Of a DNA stretch of 64,000 nt, positions 7,848-17,291 are shown one piece after another. The stretch comes from an uncultured Planctomycetaceae bacterium (GTDB lineage Bacteria > Planctomycetota > Phycisphaerae > SM23-33). A program made the translations under genes and the position numbers. The first letter of the stretch is position 1. Each line of letters opens with the position of its first letter. Where the stretch lies: contig CAZHEH010000013.1 in the NCBI GenBank assembly GCA_964531695.1, positions 6,000 through 69,999 of the forward strand, in the 5' to 3' direction. The notes beneath the pieces were generated by a model. That model saw only the letters and a list, made by a program, of their open reading frames with translations, was not told the origin of the DNA and searched no databases.

Positions 7848-9688
7848 CCTCGCCCGACGCGAGCGATTCGGCGACTTCGCTCGGCCCGGCCGGGCGCGAC
7901 GACGGGCCCGGCTGGCGAGCCGCCGGGCTGCTGGCCGCCGCCGTGCTGGCGGTCTACCTGTTCACCGCATCCCGGACCACGCTCTGGGACCGCGACGAGC
8001 CGCGATTCTGCCGGGCGACCGTCGAGATGCTCGAATCGGGCAACTACCTCTACCCCACCTTCAACGGCGAGCTGCGCCCCGACAAGCCCGTCGGCGTCTA
8101 CTGGCTGCTGGCCGCCTCGATCTCCCTGCTGGGGCAGACTTCTCTGGCCTGCCGGCTGCCCTCGGCCGTCGGCATCGCCGCCACCTGCCTGCTGACCTAC
8201 TACGTCGGGCGGCGGATGTTCGGGCGCCGCGCCGGGCTGGCGGCCATGGCCATTATGGCGACCGGCCCACTGGCGATGTTCATGGCGAACTTCGCCACCG
8301 CCGACGGTGTGGCGATGCCGCTGATCTGGGCGGCCGTGGCGTGCTACGTGGCGGCCGTGACGGCGCGCGCGCGGTGGTTCCACTGGGTCGGCTTCGCCGC
8401 CGCGGCGAGCGGGGCGATGCTCGTCAAGGGCCCGCTGGGCCTGATTCCGCTCGCCGTCGTCGGCGCGGCGTGGGTCTTCGCCCGCGGCCGGGCGCCGCTC
8501 GGCCGGCGGACCGTCCTCGCCGCGGGCGCCGCGACCGTCCTGGCGGCGGTGCCGTTCGTCGTGTGGCTGCTCTGGGCCGATCGCGCCAGCGGCGGCGAGC
8601 TGATCGCACAGGGCATCGGGCGGCACGTCATCGGGCGGGCCACGAGCCCGATGGAGTCGCACGGCGGCGGCGGGGCCGAGTACCTGCTGTACCTGCCGTA
8701 CTATCTGCCGGTGGTCGCGGGCGGGTTCTTCCCGTGGGTCGCCTTCTCCTTCGCGGGCGTGTCGGCGCTGGCCGGCGGGCGGCTCGGCGGACGCGCCGGC
8801 GGCGCCCTGCTGGCGGGCATGGCGCTGCCGGTGTTCGTGGGCTTCTCGCTGGTGGCGACGAAGCTGCCGCACTACGTCCTGCCCATGTGGCCGGGGCTGG
8901 CGGTGGCGACCGGCGCGATGCTCGCGCGGGCCGCGGCCGGGCGGCTGGCCGAGCGCGACGTCAAATGGCTGGCCCGCAGCGCGTGGACGCTCCGGCTGGC
9001 GGGCGCCGGCGCGGCCGTGGCGCTGGCGGTGGCGCCCTGGCTGCTGCCGATGCCGGGCTTCCGGTGGCCGTGCGCTGCCGTCGCGGCGGTCCTCGCGGCA
9101 ACGTGCCTGCTCGGCGCCCAGGATGTGGCGGCCAAGCGCTATCCCCGCGCCACGGCCACGCTCGCGGCGGGCATGCTGGCGGCGTACCTGCTGCTGGCGG
9201 GCCTCGCCGGCCCCGAGATCGAGCGGGCCAAACCGATTCCCGAACTGGCACGGCGGATTCGCGAGAATCACCCCGAGGCCCCGCTGGCAACGCTGGGCTT
9301 CGACGAGCCGTCGCTGTATTTCTACTCGCGCCGGCACGTGCGGGACTTCGTGAACGAGCCGGACGGGGCCGAGCGGGCCGTCGCGTGGCTGAACTCCGCC
9401 AAGCCGGGCATGCTGGTGACCACGGCGGACATCTGGCGCGCCCTCGAGGAGCGGATGGGCCCGCTGCCGGGTCGGGTGGTTCACCGCGCCGAGTTGGTCA
9501 ACTACGCCAAGCGGGGACGCCGGCGCGAGCTGCTGCTGATCGAGCGGGCGCCCCTCCGAGAGACAAGCGCCGCGGGCACGGCCGCAGGCCCGTATCGGCG
9601 CCGCGGCACCGGCGCCGGAGACGCCGGTGGCGCACCGTGGATGAGGATTACGTCGCCGACGGCGTCGGGCGCCGGTTGCGATGGATGA
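7844..9688 (+). CDS. ArnT/PMT-like GT-C glycosyltransferase (GT83/GT39 family), copy 1
   Basis: N-terminal WDRDEPRFCRATVEMLESGNYLYPTFNGELRPDKPVGVYWL is the canonical ArnT/PMT first periplasmic loop motif; 12-13 predicted TM helices; start overlaps the phosphatase stop. Confidence 0.8.
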   Translation: MTSPDASDSATSLGPAGRDDGPGWRAAGLLAAAVLAVYLFTASRTTLWDRDEPRFCRATVEMLESGNYLYPTFNGELRPDKPVGVYWLLAASISLLGQTSLACRLPSAVGIAATCLLTYYVGRRMFGRRAGLAAMAIMATGPLAMFMANFATADGVAMPLIWAAVACYVAAVTARARWFHWVGFAAAASGAMLVKGPLGLIPLAVVGAAWVFARGRAPLGRRTVLAAGAATVLAAVPFVVWLLWADRASGGELIAQGIGRHVIGRATSPMESHGGGGAEYLLYLPYYLPVVAGGFFPWVAFSFAGVSALAGGRLGGRAGGALLAGMALPVFVGFSLVATKLPHYVLPMWPGLAVATGAMLARAAAGRLAERDVKWLARSAWTLRLAGAGAAVALAVAPWLLPMPGFRWPCAAVAAVLAATCLLGAQDVAAKRYPRATATLAAGMLAAYLLLAGLAGPEIERAKPIPELARRIRENHPEAPLATLGFDEPSLYFYSRRHVRDFVNEPDGAERAVAWLNSAKPGMLVTTADIWRALEERMGPLPGRVVHRAELVNYAKRGRRRELLLIERAPLRETSAAGTAAGPYRRRGTGAGDAGGAPWMRITSPTASGAGCDG

Positions 9689-9965
9689 GCATCAGGTTTC
9701 GGATGTAGATGAAGCTGTTGAGCGAATAGGCCAGGATGAACAGGGGGTCCGCCCGCTTGACGGCGTACACGAGCAGGCCGGCACTGCCCACGATGCTGAG
9801 GTACCAGAACACCTCGGGCACCACGCTCTTGCCGGCCTTTTCGCTGGCGATCCACTGAATGAGGAACCGCATTCCGAACGCACACTGGGCGATGAAACCC
9901 ATCACGAACCACGCGTCCAGCTTGCTGACCAGCTCATTCCACATCTCGGCGAGCTTCTCCGTCAT
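9648..9965 (-). CDS. LAB_N (lipid-A-disaccharide synthase N-terminal domain) small membrane protein
   Basis: 105-aa protein with WFVMGFIAQCAFGMRFLIQWIASEKAGKSVVPEVFWYLSIVGSAGLLVYA typical of the LAB_N/DUF family partnered with DPM1-like GT2 and ArnT-like GT-C; overlaps the upstream GT2 gene. Confidence 0.65.
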   Translation of the reverse strand: MTEKLAEMWNELVSKLDAWFVMGFIAQCAFGMRFLIQWIASEKAGKSVVPEVFWYLSIVGSAGLLVYAVKRADPLFILAYSLNSFIYIRNLMLIHRNRRPTPSAT

Positions 9966-10701
9966 CCTGCGGCTCTCCCATCTCCGTGGTGGTGTAGCGG
10001 ATGGCGCGGGACTGCATCCATCGCAGCGCCATGATGTCTCGGATCGCCTTGATCCGATTGCGAACCCCGTACTTGGCCACGCCGGCGACGCGCGGCCGGT
10101 GGTTGACCGGAATTTCCTTCACGGTGAACCCGCCCATGCGGGCGAGCGTCGGCAGGAACCGGTGCAGCCCGTTGAAGAGCTTGAACGACTCGGCCACCTC
10201 GCGGCGGAAGACCTTCAAGCTGCATCCGGCGTCGTGGATCGACTCGCCGGTCATCCAGTTGCGGAAGCGGTTGGCGTTGCGGCTGATCCAGCGGCGCAGG
10301 CCCGTGTCCCGGCGGTTCTTCCGCCAGCCCGTGAGCATGTCGCACTCGCCGCTCTCGACGTGCTCCAGCATCCGCGGCAGCTCGGACGGATCGTTCTGGA
10401 GGTCGGCGTCCATCGTGGCGAGGACCGCACCCCGCGCGGCCCGCAAGCCCGCCTCCAGCGCGGCGGTCTGCCCGCTGTTGGCGTCCATCAGGATCACTCG
10501 GAGCTGCGGCGTGTCCCCCCGCATCTTCGCCAGAAGCTCTCGCGAACCGTCCGTGCTGCCGTCGTCGACGACGACGAATTCCCAACTCCGCCCGATCTCA
10601 TCCGCCGCCGCCTTCACCTCGTCTCGCAACGTCTCGAGGTTCTCGACCTCGTTGTACGCCGGCGCGACGAACGAGATATACACGCCCTGGTCTGCTGTCA
10701 T
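9934..10701 (-). CDS. GT2 polyprenyl-phosphate sugar synthase (ArnC/DPM1/GtrB-like)
   Basis: VYISFVAPAYNEVENL, VVVDDGSTDGS, DADLQNDP and the C-terminal FTVKEIPVNHRPRVAGVAKYG are hallmarks of this family. Confidence 0.85.
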   Translation of the reverse strand: MTADQGVYISFVAPAYNEVENLETLRDEVKAAADEIGRSWEFVVVDDGSTDGSRELLAKMRGDTPQLRVILMDANSGQTAALEAGLRAARGAVLATMDADLQNDPSELPRMLEHVESGECDMLTGWRKNRRDTGLRRWISRNANRFRNWMTGESIHDAGCSLKVFRREVAESFKLFNGLHRFLPTLARMGGFTVKEIPVNHRPRVAGVAKYGVRNRIKAIRDIMALRWMQSRAIRYTTTEMGEPQDDGEARRDVE

Positions 10702-11005
10702 GGTCGTGACTCTACCGCGCTGTACGTGCCCCCGCACGCGACGGTTTGCGGCCTACGCGCGATGACCCGGCCCCGCCGGGTCGCTTGGGAGCGGCCGGGG
10801 GCGCCGCTGCAAGTACGCCGAGGGACTGCCATCCCTCGGCGCCGTGCCGCCATGCCGCCATGCCGCAAAGCCGCCCGGGACCGGGCCGCCCAGCGCCGAG
10901 AGCCCCGGCGGTGCGTGCGTTGGAGGAATTCACCCGCGGGGAAGCGCCCGCGAGCGACCGAGCCCGCGCTTGCCTGCGACGCGGCGGCGTGGTAAAGCCC
11001 TTGCC

Positions 11006-12358
11006 ATGGTCGACGCCGCCACAAAACGCAAGAAGGTCTACACGATCCTGCTGATCGTAGTCCTGGCCACGATACTGGTCAAGGGCGGGCTGGTGGTCCG
11101 CTCCAACGTCAAGACCCCGCCGACGCACAAGGACTACCCCCGCTGGCATCGCATCGCGCGGCGGGCGCTGGAGGGCAAGACGCTCGCCGACCCGCGCGGC
11201 GCGGAGGCCGTCGCCATCGAGGACCACGAGGGAGAGGTCGGCTTCTACAAGCTGCCGCCCGCTTGGGCGATCTACACCGCCCCGCTGGGGCTGTTCCAGG
11301 TCTTCGGGGCGTACGTGTACACCTACTACTACCTCAGCGTCGGCTGCGGGGTGCTGTGCGTCTTCCTGGCCATGCGGACCATCCACGGGCGCTGGCTGCC
11401 CGAGGACCCGTGGAAGTGCGTGATCCCCGTGTTCTTCTTCCTGCCCCTGGCCGTCGACGACCTGCACAACGGCAACACGAGCTTGATCCTGCTGCTGCCG
11501 CTCATGGCCGGGGCGTACCTCGCCTCGCGCGGGCGGCGCGTGCTGGGTGCGCTCGGCTGGGGGCTCTGCGCGGCGCTGAAGGCCTACCCGGCCGCGGCCG
11601 TCGGGGCTCTGCTGTTCGTGCGGCGCTGGCGGCTGATGCTGCTGTCCGTCGCGGCCGCCCTGGCCTGGACGCTGCTGATTCCCGGGCTCATCCGCGGCTT
11701 CGAGCGGACGTGGAACGACAACCGGGCCTGGGCCGAGCGCATCGTCATGCCCTACCTCGAAGGCAAGGAGAAGACCCAGTGGGACAGCAAGGCCCATAGC
11801 GTGCGGAACCAGTCGCTGTGGGGCGCCGTCACGCGGTTCACGCGGCCTCTCAACGCGATGGGCGAGTACGCCGACGAAGATCCCATCTACGTCAACTTCC
11901 TGTCGCTCTCGTCCAAGGAGTCGACCATCATCTTCGCGGCGCTGGTGCTGATCGCGGCGGGCATCACGGCCGGGGTCTGCTGGCGGGCCGGCCCGCCCAC
12001 CGGCCCGCTGACGACCGCCTGCGACTACTCGCTGGCGATGACGTTCATCCTGCTGGCCTCGCCGCTGGTGTGGACGTACTACCTGACGGTCCTCCTGCTG
12101 CCGATGACGCTGGGGGCCGAGGTCGCCCTGCGCCACCGGAAGCACCCGCTGGGCAAGATGTGCCTGTGGGCCTTCGTCATCACGGTGCCGCTGTTCTTCG
12201 GCGGGCTGAGCATGTGGGCGCGGGCGTTCGGCACCCTCGGCTGGATCGGCGTGCTGTGGTACGTCGTGCTGCTCGTGCTGCGGGCGCGGATGAGCGAGCT
12301 GGAAGGGGCGGACGGACCGACAATGGCGAATGAGGAAGCCCGAACGACGAATCCATGA
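11006..12358 (+). CDS. GT87/DUF2029 family integral-membrane glycosyltransferase (mannosyltransferase-like)
   Basis: Polytopic membrane protein with the conserved DDLHNGNTSLILL loop and multiple TM helices characteristic of DUF2029/GT87; start moved to MVDAATKRKKVYTILLIVVL. Confidence 0.55.
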   Translation: MVDAATKRKKVYTILLIVVLATILVKGGLVVRSNVKTPPTHKDYPRWHRIARRALEGKTLADPRGAEAVAIEDHEGEVGFYKLPPAWAIYTAPLGLFQVFGAYVYTYYYLSVGCGVLCVFLAMRTIHGRWLPEDPWKCVIPVFFFLPLAVDDLHNGNTSLILLLPLMAGAYLASRGRRVLGALGWGLCAALKAYPAAAVGALLFVRRWRLMLLSVAAALAWTLLIPGLIRGFERTWNDNRAWAERIVMPYLEGKEKTQWDSKAHSVRNQSLWGAVTRFTRPLNAMGEYADEDPIYVNFLSLSSKESTIIFAALVLIAAGITAGVCWRAGPPTGPLTTACDYSLAMTFILLASPLVWTYYLTVLLLPMTLGAEVALRHRKHPLGKMCLWAFVITVPLFFGGLSMWARAFGTLGWIGVLWYVVLLVLRARMSELEGADGPTMANEEARTTNP

Positions 12359-12429
12359 CGAAGTCCGCATGACGATGCCGCATGGCCGCCTCATTCCGGA
12401 TTCGGGCTTGTCTCGTCACTCCGGCGTCG

Positions 12430-14061
12430 TCATTCGTCGTTTTCCGCGCTAGCGTACAGGCGGAACCGGTCGCCCGGCTCGTCGGACACGGGGAAGCTGT
12501 CCACGAATCGCAGGTTCGCTCGTTCGAGCCGGCCGCCGACGGCCGGCGCTTCGGCCGCCTTCCGCGACACGAGAACGTAGCGCGTCGATGCCCCGAGCTC
12601 GTCCGGTTCCAGTACGTACTCGACCGGCCGGTCGACGTAGAAGAGGAACGCCTCGTAGCCGGGGTCGTACACGTGGGCCGTCTCTCCGGGCGGCACATGC
12701 TCCGCCACGGCCGCGGCGGCTCGGCGGTTCGGCGCATCGTGTGCCCCCACGTGGGCAACGACAGTGCCGGTATACAGCAGTATGCTGACGGCCACGACGC
12801 CGGCCGTGGCGAGCGACAGCAGCGGGCCGCCCCGAAGCTCACGCCAGCGCCGGATCAGCCCCGCACAGAGCGCCACGGCCAGCACGGCCGCGGCGACCGT
12901 GGCGGCCGAGACCTCGAGCGCCACCCCGGCTACCGGCCGGCCCATCCCGGCCAGTAGCACGACACAAACGGCAACGCCCGCCACCCCGGCGGCCGGCACG
13001 GCCAGAAGCGCCCGCCAGACGCCGTCGCTCCACACCGTCCGCCTGTGCTCGCCGAGCACCCACCCGACGACGATCGCCCCGAGCGGCAGCACGGGCAGCG
13101 CGTAGCGCGACAGCATGCCGGGCATCAGGCACAGCACCACGAAGCCCGCGACCATCCCCGCGCGGACCGCCCGGAAGGTCGGCCGACGCCCGGCCGGAAT
13201 CTGCCGCACGAAGTACGGAACCCACGCCAGCGGCAGGAACAGCAGCCACGGCAGCAGATACAGCGGCGCCTTGACGATGTTCCACGCCCAAAAGCCCCAC
13301 AGCATCTCCTCCGGCAGGATGCGCCCCCAGGCCTGACCCGACATGGCGCTCATCCGCTCGGCCCCGGCCCGCTCCCGCGCGAGCAGCAGCCACCCCACGC
13401 CGATCGCGAGGATCAGCGCGACGCCCGCGAGGTGCTGGAGGTCGAAGATGCGCTTCAGCCGCCGCTCCGAGTGCAGCACGAGCAGAACCGTCGCGTAGAA
13501 CGGCGCCGCCAGGAACGGGCCTTTGATCAGCCCGCCGCAGGCCAGCAGCAGCGCCGGCGGCAGCCACAGCCACCAGCGATTGCGACCGGCCGACCAGCCG
13601 TCGAGCCACAGCACCGTCGCCAGGCCCGCCAGCGCCATGTAGACACCCTCGATCTCGATCTGGCGGCCCTTCGCGACCGCCCCGACGCACGTGAGCAGCG
13701 CGCACGCCGCCACGAGCCGCCCGCGGGCACTCATCCACGGCGCCCGCCCCACCGCCAGCAGCAACGCCAGCGCCAGCAGCGACAGCGCCGACGGCAGCCG
13801 GGCCGTGAACTCGTCCTGAACGCCCGTCAGGGCGAACGAGCCCGCGACGATCCAGTTAATCCCCGGCGGCTTGTTGAAGTACGCCCGCCCGCCGACGTAC
13901 GGGACGATCCACTCGCCGGTCCGCAGCATTCGCACGGCCGGGAGGACGCGGCGTCCCTCCTCGCCCCGGAACTCCTCCCGGCCAAGGTGCGGAAGGTACA
14001 CCACCGCCCACAGGACGAGCACGACGGCGAGCGCATGCTTGCGTTTCGGGAAGACTCTCAT
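12430..14061 (-). CDS. ArnT/PMT-like GT-C glycosyltransferase (GT83/GT39 family), copy 2
   Basis: GREEFRGEEGRRVLPAVRMLRTGEWIVPYVGGRAYFNKPPGINWIVA is the ArnT-type DE-rich periplasmic loop motif; about 13 TM helices; C-terminal soluble domain. Confidence 0.8.
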   Translation of the reverse strand: MRVFPKRKHALAVVLVLWAVVYLPHLGREEFRGEEGRRVLPAVRMLRTGEWIVPYVGGRAYFNKPPGINWIVAGSFALTGVQDEFTARLPSALSLLALALLLAVGRAPWMSARGRLVAACALLTCVGAVAKGRQIEIEGVYMALAGLATVLWLDGWSAGRNRWWLWLPPALLLACGGLIKGPFLAAPFYATVLLVLHSERRLKRIFDLQHLAGVALILAIGVGWLLLARERAGAERMSAMSGQAWGRILPEEMLWGFWAWNIVKAPLYLLPWLLFLPLAWVPYFVRQIPAGRRPTFRAVRAGMVAGFVVLCLMPGMLSRYALPVLPLGAIVVGWVLGEHRRTVWSDGVWRALLAVPAAGVAGVAVCVVLLAGMGRPVAGVALEVSAATVAAAVLAVALCAGLIRRWRELRGGPLLSLATAGVVAVSILLYTGTVVAHVGAHDAPNRRAAAAVAEHVPPGETAHVYDPGYEAFLFYVDRPVEYVLEPDELGASTRYVLVSRKAAEAPAVGGRLERANLRFVDSFPVSDEPGDRFRLYASAENDE

Positions 14062-14186
14062 AGGGCCGGTGCCGACGCCTCCGGCGGCCGGGCGAAATCG
14101 CCCTCGATCCGCGGGACGCGGGGATTATACTGGCGTGACCTGATTCTCGCACGGCCGTGCCGCCACGGCCTCTCCGAAAGCTCGCC

Positions 14187-14864
14187 ATGGCAGACCCCCC
14201 AAAAAACCGACCGCGCCTGTCCCGCCGGAGACGCCTTCTCATCTGGCTCGGCGCCATCGCCGCCCTGGCCGGGGGCATGTACGCCGTGTGGGACGGCTGG
14301 CTGGACGACCACGTCATCCCCAAGAGGTGGGGGCGGATCGCGCCCGGCGTGTACCGTAGCGGCATGCTGGAGGCCACGCTCGTGAAGCAAACCCTGGAGC
14401 GGCACGACATCGACGTGCTGATCCAGTTCAACGGACAGGAGCTCAGCGACGCCAAGCAGAAGGCCATGGAGGACGCGTGCGACGAGCTGGGCATCGAGTT
14501 GCTCCGCTTCCCCATGGCCGGTGACGGCCTGCCGCCGAACCACGACGTGTCCGTCTACGCCGACGCGGTCGCCGCGATGCACCGCGCGCGTCAGGACGGC
14601 AAGACGGTCGTGATCCAATGCAGCGCGGGCACGAACCGAACCGGCGCCGTCGCGGCGATTTACGAGGTCCTCGTCCTCGGCCGGTCCGGCGAGGAGGCCT
14701 ACGAGCACCTGCTCGACTATGACTGGGACCCCGAAGACAACGCCGAGATGATCGAGCTGGCCAACTCCCGCATGGGCGACATCGCCCGCATGCTCGTCCA
14801 GCGCGGGGCGATCGACCGCGTGCCCGAGCCCCTGCCGGTCATCCGCCCGCCCGCGGGGGATTGA
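14187..14864 (+). CDS. Membrane-anchored CX5R phosphatase (PTP/DUSP fold), paralog 3
   Basis: Basic N-terminus RLSRRRRLLIW plus TM LGAIAALAGGMYAV; P-loop VIQCSAGTNRTG; divergent from ArnT-like copy 2; ORF could start at 14157. Confidence 0.7.
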   Translation: MADPPKNRPRLSRRRRLLIWLGAIAALAGGMYAVWDGWLDDHVIPKRWGRIAPGVYRSGMLEATLVKQTLERHDIDVLIQFNGQELSDAKQKAMEDACDELGIELLRFPMAGDGLPPNHDVSVYADAVAAMHRARQDGKTVVIQCSAGTNRTGAVAAIYEVLVLGRSGEEAYEHLLDYDWDPEDNAEMIELANSRMGDIARMLVQRGAIDRVPEPLPVIRPPAGD

Positions 14865-14966
14865 TGACTCACGACGCCGCAGGCGAGGCCCTCGGAGCGT
14901 CGGGTTTCGGGCTTCGTCACGATCTCGTCATTCGGGCGTGGCGTCCCGCAGCCGCCGCGCGGCGGG

Positions 14967-17291
14967 CTACTCCGGCCGGGCCGTGCGCGTGTGGCTCAGC
15001 GCGAGGTTGCGCATCAGCGCGAAGGCCGTTTCCGGGGCGTAGCCGTCCACGACGTAGGACGAATAGCCCACGAGGCCGGCGGTGATGTCTTCCCGGCTGT
15101 AGTAGATGATGGGCCGCCCCGCGACGCGGACGACGCGCAACGGCAGCCGCTTTTCGAGCCGTCGCTCGCCCGTCCTGCGGCGGTAGCTCACGTCCTCGAT
15201 CCTGATGCTGTGTTTGTCGACGTTCAGCAGCGGGTCGGACGCCTCCACGCGTCGCAGTGCGCCGCGGCCGTACAGCGTCTCGATCATCTCCTCGGCCGCC
15301 TTGGCGAACTCCTCGTCGCCGCCGACCGCGTCCACCACGAGCACATGCGGCCCGCCCTCGACGAACTTGCGGAGGGCGGCTAGCTGCTCGTCGGTCAGCT
15401 CGAAGTCACCGGTGCCGCTCAGCGTGGCGATCGAGGCCTCGGTCTCGGGCAACTCGGCGATGTCGATCGGCCCCACGACCTCGACCCGGGTGCCGTGCTT
15501 GTGCGCCATGATGCGCGAGAACCGCTGCCAGGCGAGCGGCTCCGGGTCGTGATTGCCCTCGAACGCCAGACGCGCCACGGTGACGGTCGGCAGCTTGTCG
15601 TCGCCTTCGGGCTCCTCCGGCCAGACCTTCGACCCGCGCGCGAGCAAGGACTTGTCCGTCACGTAGGCGGCGATATTGGCGGCCGCCTGGAAGGCCCACT
15701 GCTCGGTATCTCGCCGCTGGAGTTGCCACGACCGGGACAGGTCCGCGTCGGTGTGAATCACCAGCGGCCGCACGCCGTTGGAGATGACCCGAAGATTCAC
15801 CCGGCGGGAGTAGCGTCGGAGGTCGAACTGCACGTCCCTCGCGTAGATCGGATGATCGCGGGGCAGCGTCTCCAGCTCGTAGCGGGGGAACATCTCCTTG
15901 TAGATCTGGCGCATGCCGTGCCGGAAGCCGCCGCCCCCGCACTCGGCCACGCTGAGAATCGTCCCGCCCTGGTGGACGAAGCGGCGTATGCGGGCGATCT
16001 GCTCGTCGGTGAAGTTCGGCCGCTTGGCGCCGGAGATGTACAGGATCGGGGCGTCGTGCCACAGTCGGGCGGGGACATCGAGGTTGATGATCTGCCAGTT
16101 GATCTCGCGCCGCTCGAAGACCTCGGACACCCACCGCGTCAGCGAGGCCAGGTCCCGCGGACGGTTGTTCCAGTCGCCGTCAAACTGCAGCTTGTTGAAC
16201 AGAACCGGGCGCCGGCCTCGCACGAGAAACAGCATCGCGTAGGCGGTGGCGGCTTCCTTGCCGTACTTGCCGCTCCAGGAGCCGTCGTCCTTCTGGTCGT
16301 CGATGAGCCACATCGCGCCGGATTGGTACCAGTCCACCGTTCCGAAGTACTTGTAGCCGCTGGCAACGCCGACCCGCTCGATGCCGTACAGGTAGTAGTA
16401 CATGTCCCCGTGGCCGCGGACCTTCTTCGACGTGTTGAGCGTGGGTTCGTCGCCCGACGCGTCGATGTAGTTGGCGTCCAACCAGTCCAGCCCGCGCTGC
16501 AGCGAGGCCTGGACCTTCTTGCCGACGCCGCCGGCATCGCAGCGGATGAACTGATTGAGGAAGATGTTGTCGACGCAGACGTACATGCTCGCCACGCCGG
16601 CCGTGACCATCGTGCCCGACGAGTCCTCCTTCATGTGAGAATCCGCGCCGTAGTACTGCCACCCGCCGTCGGCCTTCTGCGTCTCGTACCAGTAGGTGTA
16701 CACCTTCTCCCAGTAGCCGGCCGGAATCTCCCAGTTCGCCGTCGCCCCGGCCCAGACGCCCAGCAGCCCGTACTGGCTGTTGGAGTTGTCGCCGCGGCTC
16801 TTACCCTCCCCGCGCGAGTCATAGCCGTAGCTGCCGTCCGCCGTGGATCGGATCAGCCGGTCCACGTCGAAGCGCAGGGGCTTGTGGTACGGCTTGCTCC
16901 GCTTGATGGCCGAGTAGAACGCCTGGCACCGCAGCCCCAGCTCGTAGGTCTTCTCGCTCTTGCGGTCGGCCATCCACTCCAAGGCGCGATCGGCCGCCTC
17001 CTCGGCACGCGTACGCAGCGCGTCGTCCTCGATGTAGTCGAGACTCTCCAGGATCGCGTAGGTCACCAGCGGCGTGCAGCCCTGCTTGTAATCCCCCCTG
17101 GGGAAGGGCCATTCCGCCCCCTCTTGACTCTCACACAGATAGCGAATGCCGTCGGCAATCGCCTTGTCCACGGCCGCGTCGAACCGCTCCACCTCATCGG
17201 CGGTCTTGAGATCGGCCGCATCCGCCGTGCGGCCGCACGAGACGTACGGAATCAAACAGCACAGGAGAATAAGCGGTAGGGTACTTCGCAT
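14967..17291 (-). CDS. Secreted alpha/alpha-toroid (prenyltransferase/squalene-oxidase-repeat-like) N-terminal domain fused to a DUF4159-like C-terminal domain
   Basis: Signal peptide MRSTLPLILLCCLIPYVSC; N-terminal half has aromatic/Gly-rich repeats (QYGLLGVWAG, GGWQYYG, DGSWSG) of the terpenoid-cyclase/prenyltransferase toroid fold; C-terminal 350 aa matches the architecture I recall for DUF4159. Confidence 0.5.
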   Translation of the reverse strand: MRSTLPLILLCCLIPYVSCGRTADAADLKTADEVERFDAAVDKAIADGIRYLCESQEGAEWPFPRGDYKQGCTPLVTYAILESLDYIEDDALRTRAEEAADRALEWMADRKSEKTYELGLRCQAFYSAIKRSKPYHKPLRFDVDRLIRSTADGSYGYDSRGEGKSRGDNSNSQYGLLGVWAGATANWEIPAGYWEKVYTYWYETQKADGGWQYYGADSHMKEDSSGTMVTAGVASMYVCVDNIFLNQFIRCDAGGVGKKVQASLQRGLDWLDANYIDASGDEPTLNTSKKVRGHGDMYYYLYGIERVGVASGYKYFGTVDWYQSGAMWLIDDQKDDGSWSGKYGKEAATAYAMLFLVRGRRPVLFNKLQFDGDWNNRPRDLASLTRWVSEVFERREINWQIINLDVPARLWHDAPILYISGAKRPNFTDEQIARIRRFVHQGGTILSVAECGGGGFRHGMRQIYKEMFPRYELETLPRDHPIYARDVQFDLRRYSRRVNLRVISNGVRPLVIHTDADLSRSWQLQRRDTEQWAFQAAANIAAYVTDKSLLARGSKVWPEEPEGDDKLPTVTVARLAFEGNHDPEPLAWQRFSRIMAHKHGTRVEVVGPIDIAELPETEASIATLSGTGDFELTDEQLAALRKFVEGGPHVLVVDAVGGDEEFAKAAEEMIETLYGRGALRRVEASDPLLNVDKHSIRIEDVSYRRRTGERRLEKRLPLRVVRVAGRPIIYYSREDITAGLVGYSSYVVDGYAPETAFALMRNLALSHTRTARPE

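Noticed and set aside
10712-12394. 560-aa - strand ORF antisense to the GT87 gene, and similar long ORFs antisense to the DUF4159 gene, the CorC gene, uvrB, secA, recG, trkH and the AEC/GH4/galK genes (15495-17279 +, 18859-21387 -, 25058-27217 -, 30141-32408 -, 30392-32440 +, 39394-42090 -, 41535-43220 -, 45638-48430 +, 46740-49772 -, 48563-50575 +, 54598-56961 -, 57742-59772 +, 57845-59470 -)
   Set aside because: All are Arg/Gly/Ala/Pro-rich with no motifs and lie opposite well-supported genes; classic high-GC shadow ORFs
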